Assembly (NCBI GenBank): GCA_965223545.1
Contig: OZ245006.1
Coordinates: 768,001-832,000, forward strand
DNA from: Planctomycetota bacterium
GTDB lineage: Bacteria; Planctomycetota; UBA1135; UBA2386
Direction of reading: 5' to 3'
DNA: 64,000 nucleotides
Part shown: in pieces, positions 39,283 to 48,498 of the stretch
Layout: every line of letters begins with the position of its first letter
How positions within the stretch are numbered: position 1 is the stretch's first letter
Notes under the pieces: model-generated
What the model saw: the letters and a program-made list of their open reading frames with translations, nothing else
What the model was told of the DNA's origin: nothing
The model's database searches: none
Translations under genes and position numbers: made by a program

Positions 39283-39983
39283 ACGGAGCGGGGCGAGGGC
39301 CGACACGGTGGCCTCTCGTGTTTCTCGCGCAGTTCCTGGTCGGAGTCCACGAGGCCAAGAATCCTGATCAGCTCGACACCGTCTCCGCTTCCTCGCGCGA
39401 CGATCTCCAGCAGGTCGTGGGGTGAGATGCCGTCCATCAGGGGGCGCAACTCTCCGTCCGAGACCCTGCGACGCACGATCAAACGAGACTCATGGAGAGG
39501 GCCACCCATGATTCGCCATGGCTCCAGATCGAACTCGAGACTCCATTGGCCGTCTTGCCCGCACTTCACGCTCGCTGCTCCACTGGCGCCGACTGCACCG
39601 CGGATTACGGTCTCCTCGTTCGGTATGCAGTCGTCGACCGCTTCGTCGGGGATCGCGCAAGCGGGGTGCATCTCGATCCGCTTCTCCTCGGGAGTCACCG
39701 TCAGCCACCCGGTGACGCCGTCGCCGGGTAGCAGGCCGGACCACTGAACCGCGCCCCTGTTGTCGACCGGGGAGTCGAGAAACAGCGCGAAGTGCCACTG
39801 CTCTTGAGCGCTGCCGATCCCGATCCATGCCCGGCCCTGGATGGAGGGCGTCGAATCCTGCAGCAAGTAGGTCTCCGCGATGAAGCCATCGCACCACAGA
39901 CCTATCCGCCGACACTCCGCGACCGCCGACATCTCGTGAGACACGCGGTACTCGAGTCGGCTCCAGAACTCAGGCTCTTCCAC
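39276..39983 (-). CDS. Hypothetical protein, possibly a two-domain chimera or truncated
   Basis: Protein-like composition (WCDGFI, WSGLLP...TGWL); RBS-like GGAGG upstream of the GTG start. Confidence 0.6.
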   Translation of the reverse strand: MEEPEFWSRLEYRVSHEMSAVAECRRIGLWCDGFIAETYLLQDSTPSIQGRAWIGIGSAQEQWHFALFLDSPVDNRGAVQWSGLLPGDGVTGWLTVTPEEKRIEMHPACAIPDEAVDDCIPNEETVIRGAVGASGAASVKCGQDGQWSLEFDLEPWRIMGGPLHESRLIVRRRVSDGELRPLMDGISPHDLLEIVARGSGDGVELIRILGLVDSDQELREKHERPPCRPSPRSVQ

Positions 39984-40078
39984 GGACTTGCCCTCCGATG
40001 CGATGCTCGACCTTCACGAGAGGCTCGACTCTACCCGCGGCTGAACGCGGAGGCTCGACTCCCGCGATCTCCTGGGCG

Positions 40079-41050
40079 TCAGAACCCGAGAACGAGATCG
40101 ATCGCGTTCAGCAATACGAGCTGATTGGGGCCCGCCGCAGGCGCCTGCAGCCGCGCAGCCTGCGTAAACAGGGTCACGCCACTGAGGCTCGGGAGCGCCG
40201 GCACGGCAACCGCGTGCTGCCCCGCCGAGGCGCCGCCGCGGGTGTCGAGCTCGAGCGGAGTGAGCACCAGTAGCTCACCGAACGGAAACAGCGTCCCGCT
40301 CGTGGGCCCGTTGAGGCCGGCGAAGATCGTCGTCGCCACCGTCGTCTGCCCGGTGGGCGCAGGCGCGACCGTCGCCTGCCAGCTGGTGCCGAGGACGGGC
40401 CGGTTCTGGCACGCGAACTCGACGGGGTTCACGCCGCTGCCGTTGCGCACCGCGCAGCTGGCGGCGGTGGCGTACTCGACCTCGAGATCGTCCAACCAGA
40501 TGAAGCCCTGCAGGACGCCGTTGCCGACGATCTCGATCCTGCCGAGCGGCACGTCGGACTCCCATCCGTTCCAGTACCAGTTCGTGCCCGGCGCCGGGAT
40601 CGACACGACTTCCGATTCGAGCAGCCCGCCCGCCGTGTCGTAGAAGCTGGCGGTGGCATCCGCCCTCCCGCTCGTGTTGGTGAAGTAGGCGCCGATCTTG
40701 GTCACCGGTCGGTTGAAGACGATCGCCTGCGGCGAGGTGGCGCCGATCAGGTAGTTCGGCGATCGGGGGATGGCACAGTCCCCGCTGAAGCACGATCCGA
40801 ACCAAAGGTGGATCGTGGTGTTGTTGGGCGGGGGCAGCATCGTCGCGAACGTCACGTCGCCGCCGAGCACCTCGATCGAGGCGCGGATGCGGAAGCTGGT
40901 GGAGATGATCCGGTCGAAGCTCTCGGAGGCTTGCCCGACGAACGGGCCGACGGGGCGGACGGGGTCCTGAGCCTGGACCTGGGTGCTGGCGGCGCAGCTG
41001 AGCGATGCGCACAGGAGCGCATTGAAAGCGGGGAATCGGCAGTGGGTCAT
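40079..41050 (-). CDS. Secreted protein with a conserved-looking C-terminal beta domain
   Basis: Signal peptide ending VQA-Q; beta-rich core (IGAYFT, IWLDDLEV); C-terminal RNGSGVNP...PVLG...FTQAA...LLNAIDLVLGF. Confidence 0.8.
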   Translation of the reverse strand: MTHCRFPAFNALLCASLSCAASTQVQAQDPVRPVGPFVGQASESFDRIISTSFRIRASIEVLGGDVTFATMLPPPNNTTIHLWFGSCFSGDCAIPRSPNYLIGATSPQAIVFNRPVTKIGAYFTNTSGRADATASFYDTAGGLLESEVVSIPAPGTNWYWNGWESDVPLGRIEIVGNGVLQGFIWLDDLEVEYATAASCAVRNGSGVNPVEFACQNRPVLGTSWQATVAPAPTGQTTVATTIFAGLNGPTSGTLFPFGELLVLTPLELDTRGGASAGQHAVAVPALPSLSGVTLFTQAARLQAPAAGPNQLVLLNAIDLVLGF

Positions 41051-41131
41051 GAGGGGAGTCCGTCGGGGTTCGGGGCGCGGTCCGGTGGTAAGCCCTCAGC
41101 CGACCCGGACGTCACGAGAAAAGCAGGAGCG

Positions 41132-43594
41132 CTACGACGAAGGCGCCAGCAGCAGCGTGCCGAGGTCTGCCAGCTCGTCGGCGGTCAGCCGAACAGTGCG
41201 GGTCACCGTCGCCGCGCCGTCGGGGGCGATCGCCCGGATGGTGTACTCACCCGGCGGCAGCCGGTCGCGGCGGAACGCGCCGTCGGGATCGACGGGCAGC
41301 CACAGGTGGTCGTCGATCAAATGCTCTCGCGTGACCCAGCGGGCGCGCGTCAGCGACGCCCGCAAGCCCGCGACCGGCAGCCCGTGTGGTCCCGCGATCC
41401 GACCCCGCACCTCGGCGGTCGGCATCGTCGAAGAAGGCAGCCGGACGTCCTGCACTCCGCAGCCGGCATCGACGGGGATCGGCGGGCCGCACGGGCACGG
41501 AGTCTCGGGCGGCAAGACCACCAGCGCTTGCGCGGCGCCGCTCGACCGCGCGAGCGCGAACCGACCCCGCCGGTCGGTCGTCGCCGAGTCCGGTCCCGCG
41601 AGGGGTCCCGCCCCGCCGCCGCGGACCTGCACCGTCCAACCAGCCAAGGGTCCCCCATCCGGCCCGGTCAACACGCCGCGAATCGGCAGGGGCCCGGGAC
41701 GCAGGACCGGGTTCCATGCCACCGGCCCACCCGCGGCGTCCAGGCGCAGCGCCTGGGTGGCCTGCCCGAACGCGGGATGCACCGCGTGCAGCGCGATGTA
41801 GCGGTGCGGCACCGTCCGAATCACGTAGCCGCCATCAGCGGCGGACCGCACTCCCATGCCCTCCGCGCCACCTCGACACGCTCCGCGGATCAGGGCACCG
41901 GCCACCGGGTCGCCGCCCTCGTCGATGACGCGGCCGGTGATCTCGGCCGCGCGAAGATCCAGCGTGCAGCGCGTCACCGCGCCTTCGGCCACCGACACGG
42001 GCACCACCTCGCCAAGCCTGCCTTCGGCTTGGCAGACGAGGCTCGTGCGACCGACCGGAACACCATCCACCTCGAACCTCCCCCACCGGTCGCTGTGCAC
42101 CACCAGCGGCGGCGCCTGCAGCCCGCTGCGTCCGTCGGCCAACACCACGCCCCGCAGATCCGCGGTTGGTCCGCAGCGAATCCGCGCTCCCGCGATCGGT
42201 TGCCCCGAGCCGAGCACGAGGCCGGCGACCCGGCCGTGGGCGCGCGACACCTCGAGCCGCACGCGCACGACATCCCCGTGGCGCGCCGCAACGGGTGCCA
42301 GTGGCCCCGCCGCACAACCCCGCGCCCGCGCCCCCAGGTAGCGCACGCCCGACACCCCTTCGAGCCGGAACTCACCCGCAGCATCGCCGACACACGCGAC
42401 GTGGCCGTCGCGCTCGTTCTCCGCGTCCGACAACCAGATGCTCGGGTGCGCCACTCGCTCGCCGCGTTCGTCGAGGACGACGCCCGCCACCGAGTAGCCG
42501 CTGGTCACCGGGATGGTCAGCGTGCTCGAGCCCCGCGGCGAGATCGTCACCGACGCGTGCTCACCGCCGCGCGCGGCGGTGACCTGCCACGGGCCGCACT
42601 GCAGCGCGGGCACCACTGCGCAACCGCCGGTGTCGCTCTCGACCCACCGTTCGAAGAGGTCGGGGTGCGCGGTGGCCAGCGGACGCAGACGTAGCCAGCG
42701 CCGGCCCGCGGCCTGATTCGTGGAAGGCTGGAGCTGAACGACCAACGCCGGCGTGGGGTTTGGCGCAACCGCCGGCGAGACGCGACGTCGGGGCGCGGAC
42801 AGGGTTGGCACCTGCCGCCCCCGATCCGCGAGGACCGCGGACTGCATTGGCTGGCGCACACTCTCGGAGGCCGCCGGCCGCCCGCCCGCCGCGAGACTCC
42901 ACACGGCAGTCCACGCCATTGCCCCCGCCACCGCGCCAGCGCCCACTGCCGCCGAGACTCGAAGAACGCGCCGCGAGCCGCGGGGTGGCGCCTCTCGCGG
43001 CGCAGCTGCCCGCCCCGGCGCCGCAAACACCGCCTGCGCGAGCAGTGCGCACAGCGCGCCGCCGGACAGGCTCCGCCGCAGCAGCCGCAGACCGCGCAGC
43101 GTCTGCATGCGCACCGTGCCCGCCGACCGCCCCAGCTTGGCCGCAATCGCCTCGTGACTCCAACCGCGCAGCAGCCGCAGGTGGATCGGCCCCCGATACG
43201 GCTCCGGCAGACCCTCGATCGCGCGGCTCAACTCCGCCGCCTGCTCGCGCTGGGTCGCCCGCCGAAACGGATTCTCCACCGCCACGCCGAGGTCGACCTC
43301 GGTCAACGGTTGCCACCCCTGCCGCATCCCTGCACGGCGCGCGCGCCGAGCCTCGTTGTGCAGGATCGCCAACAACCACGCCACCACCGGCCGGCCCGGC
43401 GTGTACCGATCGGCGCGCTCGATCGCGATCACGAACGTCTGATGCAGCAAATCCTCGGCGGCCGTTCGATCGGGCGCCCATCGCCGGGCCGCCCCCATCA
43501 GCCGCGCGTAGGTCAGGTCGTAGACCTTGGCGAGGGCGTCCGGATCGCCGGTCGCCCTGAACTGCGCAAAGAACCGCGTTTCGCTACAATGCAT
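41132..43594 (-). CDS. ECF sigma-70 factor fused to a hydrophobic segment and carboxypeptidase-regulatory-like repeats
   Basis: Region 2 AEDLLHQTF...WLLAILHNEAR; region 4 LPEPYR...GWSHEAIAAKLGRSAGTVR; then GVVLDERGE, GRVIDEGGDPVAGALI, GVLTGPDGGPLAG. Confidence 0.9.
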   Translation of the reverse strand: MHCSETRFFAQFRATGDPDALAKVYDLTYARLMGAARRWAPDRTAAEDLLHQTFVIAIERADRYTPGRPVVAWLLAILHNEARRARRAGMRQGWQPLTEVDLGVAVENPFRRATQREQAAELSRAIEGLPEPYRGPIHLRLLRGWSHEAIAAKLGRSAGTVRMQTLRGLRLLRRSLSGGALCALLAQAVFAAPGRAAAPREAPPRGSRRVLRVSAAVGAGAVAGAMAWTAVWSLAAGGRPAASESVRQPMQSAVLADRGRQVPTLSAPRRRVSPAVAPNPTPALVVQLQPSTNQAAGRRWLRLRPLATAHPDLFERWVESDTGGCAVVPALQCGPWQVTAARGGEHASVTISPRGSSTLTIPVTSGYSVAGVVLDERGERVAHPSIWLSDAENERDGHVACVGDAAGEFRLEGVSGVRYLGARARGCAAGPLAPVAARHGDVVRVRLEVSRAHGRVAGLVLGSGQPIAGARIRCGPTADLRGVVLADGRSGLQAPPLVVHSDRWGRFEVDGVPVGRTSLVCQAEGRLGEVVPVSVAEGAVTRCTLDLRAAEITGRVIDEGGDPVAGALIRGACRGGAEGMGVRSAADGGYVIRTVPHRYIALHAVHPAFGQATQALRLDAAGGPVAWNPVLRPGPLPIRGVLTGPDGGPLAGWTVQVRGGGAGPLAGPDSATTDRRGRFALARSSGAAQALVVLPPETPCPCGPPIPVDAGCGVQDVRLPSSTMPTAEVRGRIAGPHGLPVAGLRASLTRARWVTREHLIDDHLWLPVDPDGAFRRDRLPPGEYTIRAIAPDGAATVTRTVRLTADELADLGTLLLAPSS

Positions 43595-43843
43595 CGCAAG
43601 CCCCGCCCGACCGAGTCGAACGCGTTGGGATCAGCACGCAGCGAGTGAGAAGTCACAGAGAATCCACCGCGTTGCCAAATCGGGCGGTTTTGTCCGGGCA
43701 GATTCTCCCGTCGGCGGCTCGTTCCGGGAGAGGTGGCGTGCGAGACCGGCCCCCCTCGATGCCCCCGCCGTGATCTGGTTCTCGGTCGTCGGCCTCTTCG
43801 GGATGGGAGTCGCATGGCTGCGGGCCACCATCGAGTCCTGAGC

Positions 43844-45187
43844 GTGTCGGTCCGACTTGTCGCTCTCTGCCTGACAGCGCTGCCGGCCAGCGGAGCCGCT
43901 CAGGAAGCGGCGGCGGCATCGCTGGCGCACCTGCGCGATGCGGGGGCCGGCCGACCACGTCCATCGCTATGGCCTGGACCCGACAGCGAGCCGATGGATC
44001 TGCTGACATCGGAATCGCTCACCGACACCAGCAAGCTCATCGATCTGGTCGCCATGCAGGGCAGGCGGCGCTTCCGCGTCCCCCCGCAGGTGGCGATCGA
44101 CCGGGAGCGTGACGAGATCGTGGTGCGCGATGAGGGCGCGGACGAGGCGCGCCTGGACGCGCTCTTGCGCGACATGGTCGACGTGGCGGCTCCCGAGGTC
44201 ACACTGGCGGTCGCACTGCACGCCGCCGTGCCGGGTGCCGCCCCCAGCGTGCTTGGCGCAGGCGAGCTCGACCGTGCGCTGCCACCCCCGCTGCACCGGG
44301 CGACCATGGCACGCGCCGCGGCAGGAGTGGCGACGTTCGCGCTGGGGAAGGCATCCACGCGATCCCGCGTTCGTGTGCAGGCACACCGCGTGGTCGGCGG
44401 TGAGCTGGTGCTGCTCTGTGAGTTCGCCATCGCGACGCCCACCGCCGGTGGCGCAAGGCGGTGGATCGGCGGCACGGCGTCGGCGCGGATCGCCACCGGT
44501 GGCGCCATGGTGGTGGCGTTTCCGGGCGGCGCCCTGTCGGTCGAAGCGCAGTCGGCGTCGCGGCCGCCGCGCGAGCTCGTCGCGATTCCGTGCGAGCTGC
44601 TCACGGGTGGCGGGCTACGCAGCCTCCCTCCGCAGCTGGTGACGGCGGCGCCGGAGCTCACGCTGGCGCCGCCGCCCGCACGAGCGCAGCACTCGATCGA
44701 TTGGCTGCGCCAGAGGTGCCGCGAGGTCAGCACAGGCGTGCACTTCGACATCATCTCGCCGGGGCGATTGGCCGGCCTCGCAAACGGACAGGCCAAGCGC
44801 GCACGGGCGACAGCCGCGCGCGACGCGGTCGAAGCACTCGTCGGTCCTCTCGAGGCGCTCACCCTCGAGTGCACGGTGCCGGCGGCGACGAATGCGGCCG
44901 TCCCCGAGGTCGTCGTGCTGCCCACTCTGCCCGGTCGCGTGGCGGTCGTCGTGCACGCCATTCGCGAGCCGCCCATCGAGCGTGGGTGGCGCGGCGGACT
45001 CGTGGCATTGCGATGGCAACGCAAACCAGAGTCAGTGGTCAACGGCGGCGCCGTGCGCCTCCGTGGGCCCGCGCTCGGCGAGCGCGACGGCGCCGCGGTC
45101 AAAGTCGAAGACGCCCCCGTACCCCCGGGACCATCGACTCCAATCCTCGGCGCTGGCGAGCTCGTCGTGCGGGGGCGGTGGCAATGA
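43844..45187 (+). CDS. Hypothetical secreted protein
   Basis: Signal peptide MSVRLVALCLTALPASGAA-QE; ATGA-coupled to the next gene. Confidence 0.55.
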   Translation: MSVRLVALCLTALPASGAAQEAAAASLAHLRDAGAGRPRPSLWPGPDSEPMDLLTSESLTDTSKLIDLVAMQGRRRFRVPPQVAIDRERDEIVVRDEGADEARLDALLRDMVDVAAPEVTLAVALHAAVPGAAPSVLGAGELDRALPPPLHRATMARAAAGVATFALGKASTRSRVRVQAHRVVGGELVLLCEFAIATPTAGGARRWIGGTASARIATGGAMVVAFPGGALSVEAQSASRPPRELVAIPCELLTGGGLRSLPPQLVTAAPELTLAPPPARAQHSIDWLRQRCREVSTGVHFDIISPGRLAGLANGQAKRARATAARDAVEALVGPLEALTLECTVPAATNAAVPEVVVLPTLPGRVAVVVHAIREPPIERGWRGGLVALRWQRKPESVVNGGAVRLRGPALGERDGAAVKVEDAPVPPGPSTPILGAGELVVRGRWQ

Positions 45188-46782
45188 AGCACTCCCATTC
45201 CCACCGGACGGCCGCCCTCGGCTTAGCCATCGTCGGTTCCCTCTATCTTCTCTACCTCCTGTTCGGTCGCGCACCGGACTCGCCGCCGCCTCCCGCCGTC
45301 GCCACTCCCGCCGTCGCCACTCCCGCGAGCGAGTCCGATCCGCTGGCTGGAATCGAAACCGGCCGAGCACGCGCGCAGCGTTCTCGACACTCCGGTGGCC
45401 GGGGGCGAGGGCCGCTGACCGTGCAGGTCGTCGACGCCGCAACAGACGCGGCTCTGCCGACTGCCCGCGCACGGAAGCAGCGCGCGCGCACCCAACGGGC
45501 AATCCCGACAAAAGGCGCCGACCATACGGCCGACGCCAACGGCGTCATCCGAGTGGCGAAGAGCCACGAGGGAGTCGAGCTGGTCGTGTGGGCCGACGGG
45601 TATCGCGCCAAAGCGATCACCCTCGCGCTTCAACCGCAGGTCGTGCGCCTTCACCGAGGGTACCAGTTCGAGGTCTCGGTCACCGGCAGCCACGGCGCGA
45701 TCGGCGGAGCCCCCCTGGTGCTCAGCAACTCGCTGATCGGCTGGACGCAGCACCTCGCGACCGATGCGGTCGGCAATCCGCTGGCAGACTCCCCCCTCTG
45801 GGTTCGCCGGACGAACGCCGAGGGAGTGGCTCGCTTCTCCGGGTTGGCGGCGGGCAACTACCACCTCCGCATCGGGGACGGAGCGCTCTGCTTCACCGAC
45901 CTCGACGCAACCGGCTCGCTCAACTACCAGATCTCGGTGCCGTGCAGCGACCTCGACGTCCGCGTGCACGAGGCGGTCGGCATCGCGGTGGTCGCCCCGC
46001 ACGGCCGGAAGATCGAGCACGTGGAGTTCCGCTACGACTGGGGCACGACCCAACGCTCCGCCTGCAACAATCGACAACGGGCCAAAGCCCTCGCCGAGAC
46101 CCTCGAGCAGCGCTTTCCCGGAGCCCGCGCCGTCGCGACGGTGCCGGTGAACCCCAACCAGCGGGTGCGCGTCGAGGTGTTCGCGATTGCGGACGACGGC
46201 CTGGTCCACACGACCGACTGGGTGCTGCTGCCCCTCAGCGAGATCGAGGCTCCTGTTGTTCTGACGCCGCGCGAGGACCTTCCGACCGGCGAGCTCCTCG
46301 TGAGCGTCCGGGGCCCGAGCGGGCAGGTCGACGCGGTGCCGATCGTGGCCGTGGGTGCCGAAGCCAAGTTCGACCTGCTCTCGGGCACGCCGAAGCTCGT
46401 GCCCGCCGGGCACTACGAGCTGGGGCTACCGCCGCGGGCGGTCTGGCTCGAATCCGCCGAAGCCGAATCCTGTTACGTATCGCCAGGAAAGCGGACCGTC
46501 GCGGTCGTGGCGCTGCCAACCGACGTCGGCCAGGTCGCCATCGAGGTGGACGTCGCGGAGCAGGACTTCGACGTTCCGCTCGACGTCGTGCTCCGTGGTC
46601 ACGGCGCGTCCGCGATGCAAACCCTGATGCCCGGCGAGCGCACGACGTTCTCCGTTCCCACGGGGACGGTGGAGGTGGGCGTCGTCGGGTATGCGTGGCG
46701 AGACGAGATGCGGTCGGTCCGTGTTTCGAGGGGCGTGACGCGCGTGCGACTCAGTCCGCACCGGGCCCTCTCACCCAACTGA
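45184..46782 (+). CDS. Membrane-anchored carboxypeptidase-regulatory-like protein
   Basis: N-terminal TM, Pro-rich linker, VQVVDAATDAALP, TADANGV, RTNAEGVARFSGLAAGNY. Confidence 0.72.
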   Translation: MKHSHSHRTAALGLAIVGSLYLLYLLFGRAPDSPPPPAVATPAVATPASESDPLAGIETGRARAQRSRHSGGRGRGPLTVQVVDAATDAALPTARARKQRARTQRAIPTKGADHTADANGVIRVAKSHEGVELVVWADGYRAKAITLALQPQVVRLHRGYQFEVSVTGSHGAIGGAPLVLSNSLIGWTQHLATDAVGNPLADSPLWVRRTNAEGVARFSGLAAGNYHLRIGDGALCFTDLDATGSLNYQISVPCSDLDVRVHEAVGIAVVAPHGRKIEHVEFRYDWGTTQRSACNNRQRAKALAETLEQRFPGARAVATVPVNPNQRVRVEVFAIADDGLVHTTDWVLLPLSEIEAPVVLTPREDLPTGELLVSVRGPSGQVDAVPIVAVGAEAKFDLLSGTPKLVPAGHYELGLPPRAVWLESAEAESCYVSPGKRTVAVVALPTDVGQVAIEVDVAEQDFDVPLDVVLRGHGASAMQTLMPGERTTFSVPTGTVEVGVVGYAWRDEMRSVRVSRGVTRVRLSPHRALSPN

Positions 46783-46786
46783 GATT

Positions 46787-48373
46787 TCAACCACCGGCGG
46801 CGCCGCCGGCGCGCGCCGCGCCCACCAACTGCACGCCACCACCGCCCCACCGGACCGCGGGCACGTACGCGTCCACCGGAGTCCGCGACCAGACTGCGCC
46901 ACGGCTGCGTTCGTCTGCATTCGCGAACCGGTAGCGATAGCGCCGAATCCGCACCTGTGTCGGCCGCTGATCGCCGAACGGCGCGGTCGCGAACAGCGCC
47001 AGCACTTCGGGTCTCGCCTGTAGCAGCCCTCGCACCAGCCCGGCGAAGAACGCCTGGTGGTCGTGCGGCGGCGCCGCCGCCAACCACCACAGGTTGAAGT
47101 TGAGATAGCGGTGGTAGGGGCCGTACTGCCGTGGCGCCTGCTGGAGCGGTCCGGGATAGCCGGCGACTTCGTACTCGTGCCATTGGACCCCGTCGGTCGT
47201 GCCTTCGAACACCAGCACCAGGCGCTCGCTGACGACGCGCGCGAACAGGTTGTAGTGGCCGACCAGGTGCAGCGGCTCGACCGCGCGCTCGATGGCAGTC
47301 TCGAGCCGACGCGGAGCCCCGACGGCCGACACCTGGTCGATCTGGCGCGCGAGCCCGATGCCGCCGAGCAGCGGCACCAGCACCCATGCGAACCGAGGGG
47401 ACAGCGCGACCGCCGGCGACCGGCCCGCGGCGGCGGCCCGACCCAAGAAACGATCGTCGAGCAAGGTCAACAGCACGCCGGCAGTCACCAGGTTGAGCCA
47501 CCGGTAGTTGGCGCTGGCAGCGATTCCCACCATCAGCACCAACCCGGCGAGCGCCGCCACCCGCCGCGGCCAGCCGGCGACGAAGTAGAGCCACGGCAGG
47601 ACGACCTCCACCACCAGCACGAACGCCGTCAACGCGGCGAGCACCCACGGCGGCAGCGCGGCGAACCACGGCGTCGTCGCCGACGGGAAGGGCAGCGTCT
47701 GCAGGTGGGTCGCCACCGCGCTCAGGTCGAGCCAGCGCGGATCGCCGGCCAGCAGCTTGGCGACTCCGCAGCCGAACATGACGCGAAACGCGACCCACCA
47801 GACCAACCAGCGCGCCCACACCGGCGGCTCCCGGCGGCCAGAGCCCGACCACATTCCGCCGGGTAGCACGAACGGCAGCAGAAACCCGACCTCGAGGGTG
47901 AGCTGGTCTGGCGCCCACGCGAAGAAGCCGCCGCCGACGTCGCCAGGGTCGACGGCGGTGAACGACAGGTAGCAGATCCAGCAGGCAACCGCAGCGGAAC
48001 GCGCCGCGACCCCGACGGCCAGCAGAGTGGCGCTGACCCCGCCGGCCACCGCGAGGGCACGCAGCAGGGCATCGCTGCCCCACAGGTCGAGCTCGGCCAG
48101 CCAGAGCAGCGACGGCACGTGCCAGAGCGCAAGACCGCCGTGCGCACGCCACTGTTGCTGCAAGACCTCGCGAAAGTGGTAGATGCCGTGCTCGCCGACC
48201 AGCCCCGGCGCCTGGTCGTACAACGACCAAAACGCGCAGCCGTAGGCCACCGCCATCACCCGCGCCAACAGCCAGAATCCGGCCGACCAGCCCTGCGGTG
48301 GCGTGGTGGCACGCGCCGTGCATCCGCCCGCCGCACGCAACCGGTGCCAGCCCCAGCGACCCCACTTCTTCAC
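46787..48373 (-). CDS. Lipase maturation factor (LMF1) family membrane protein
   Basis: AFWSLYDQAPGLVGEHGI, PSLLW, DQLTLEVGFL, FRVMFGCGVAKL..DPRW.DL, ANYRWLNL, YNLFA, EGTTDG.QW.EY, PYHR; start uncertain. Confidence 0.88.
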   Translation of the reverse strand: MKKWGRWGWHRLRAAGGCTARATTPPQGWSAGFWLLARVMAVAYGCAFWSLYDQAPGLVGEHGIYHFREVLQQQWRAHGGLALWHVPSLLWLAELDLWGSDALLRALAVAGGVSATLLAVGVAARSAAVACWICYLSFTAVDPGDVGGGFFAWAPDQLTLEVGFLLPFVLPGGMWSGSGRREPPVWARWLVWWVAFRVMFGCGVAKLLAGDPRWLDLSAVATHLQTLPFPSATTPWFAALPPWVLAALTAFVLVVEVVLPWLYFVAGWPRRVAALAGLVLMVGIAASANYRWLNLVTAGVLLTLLDDRFLGRAAAAGRSPAVALSPRFAWVLVPLLGGIGLARQIDQVSAVGAPRRLETAIERAVEPLHLVGHYNLFARVVSERLVLVFEGTTDGVQWHEYEVAGYPGPLQQAPRQYGPYHRYLNFNLWWLAAAPPHDHQAFFAGLVRGLLQARPEVLALFATAPFGDQRPTQVRIRRYRYRFANADERSRGAVWSRTPVDAYVPAVRWGGGGVQLVGAARAGGAAGG

Positions 48374-48498
48374 GCGACCATGATAGTGCAGACCGCCGGG
48401 CCCGACACGCCCCCCCCGGCGACGGACGAAGCTTGCCGCCGAGCGCGCACTCGGTGATCCTCGACTCCCGAACACGCCGCTCGCACGCGAACAGCACC

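Noticed and set aside
40020..40066. GAGGCTCGACTC direct repeat, two copies
   Set aside because: Only 12 bp twice; too short to link to the REP-like family or to call an att site
45290..45327. 15-bp tandem repeat encoding PAVAT
   Set aside because: Ordinary in-frame linker duplication
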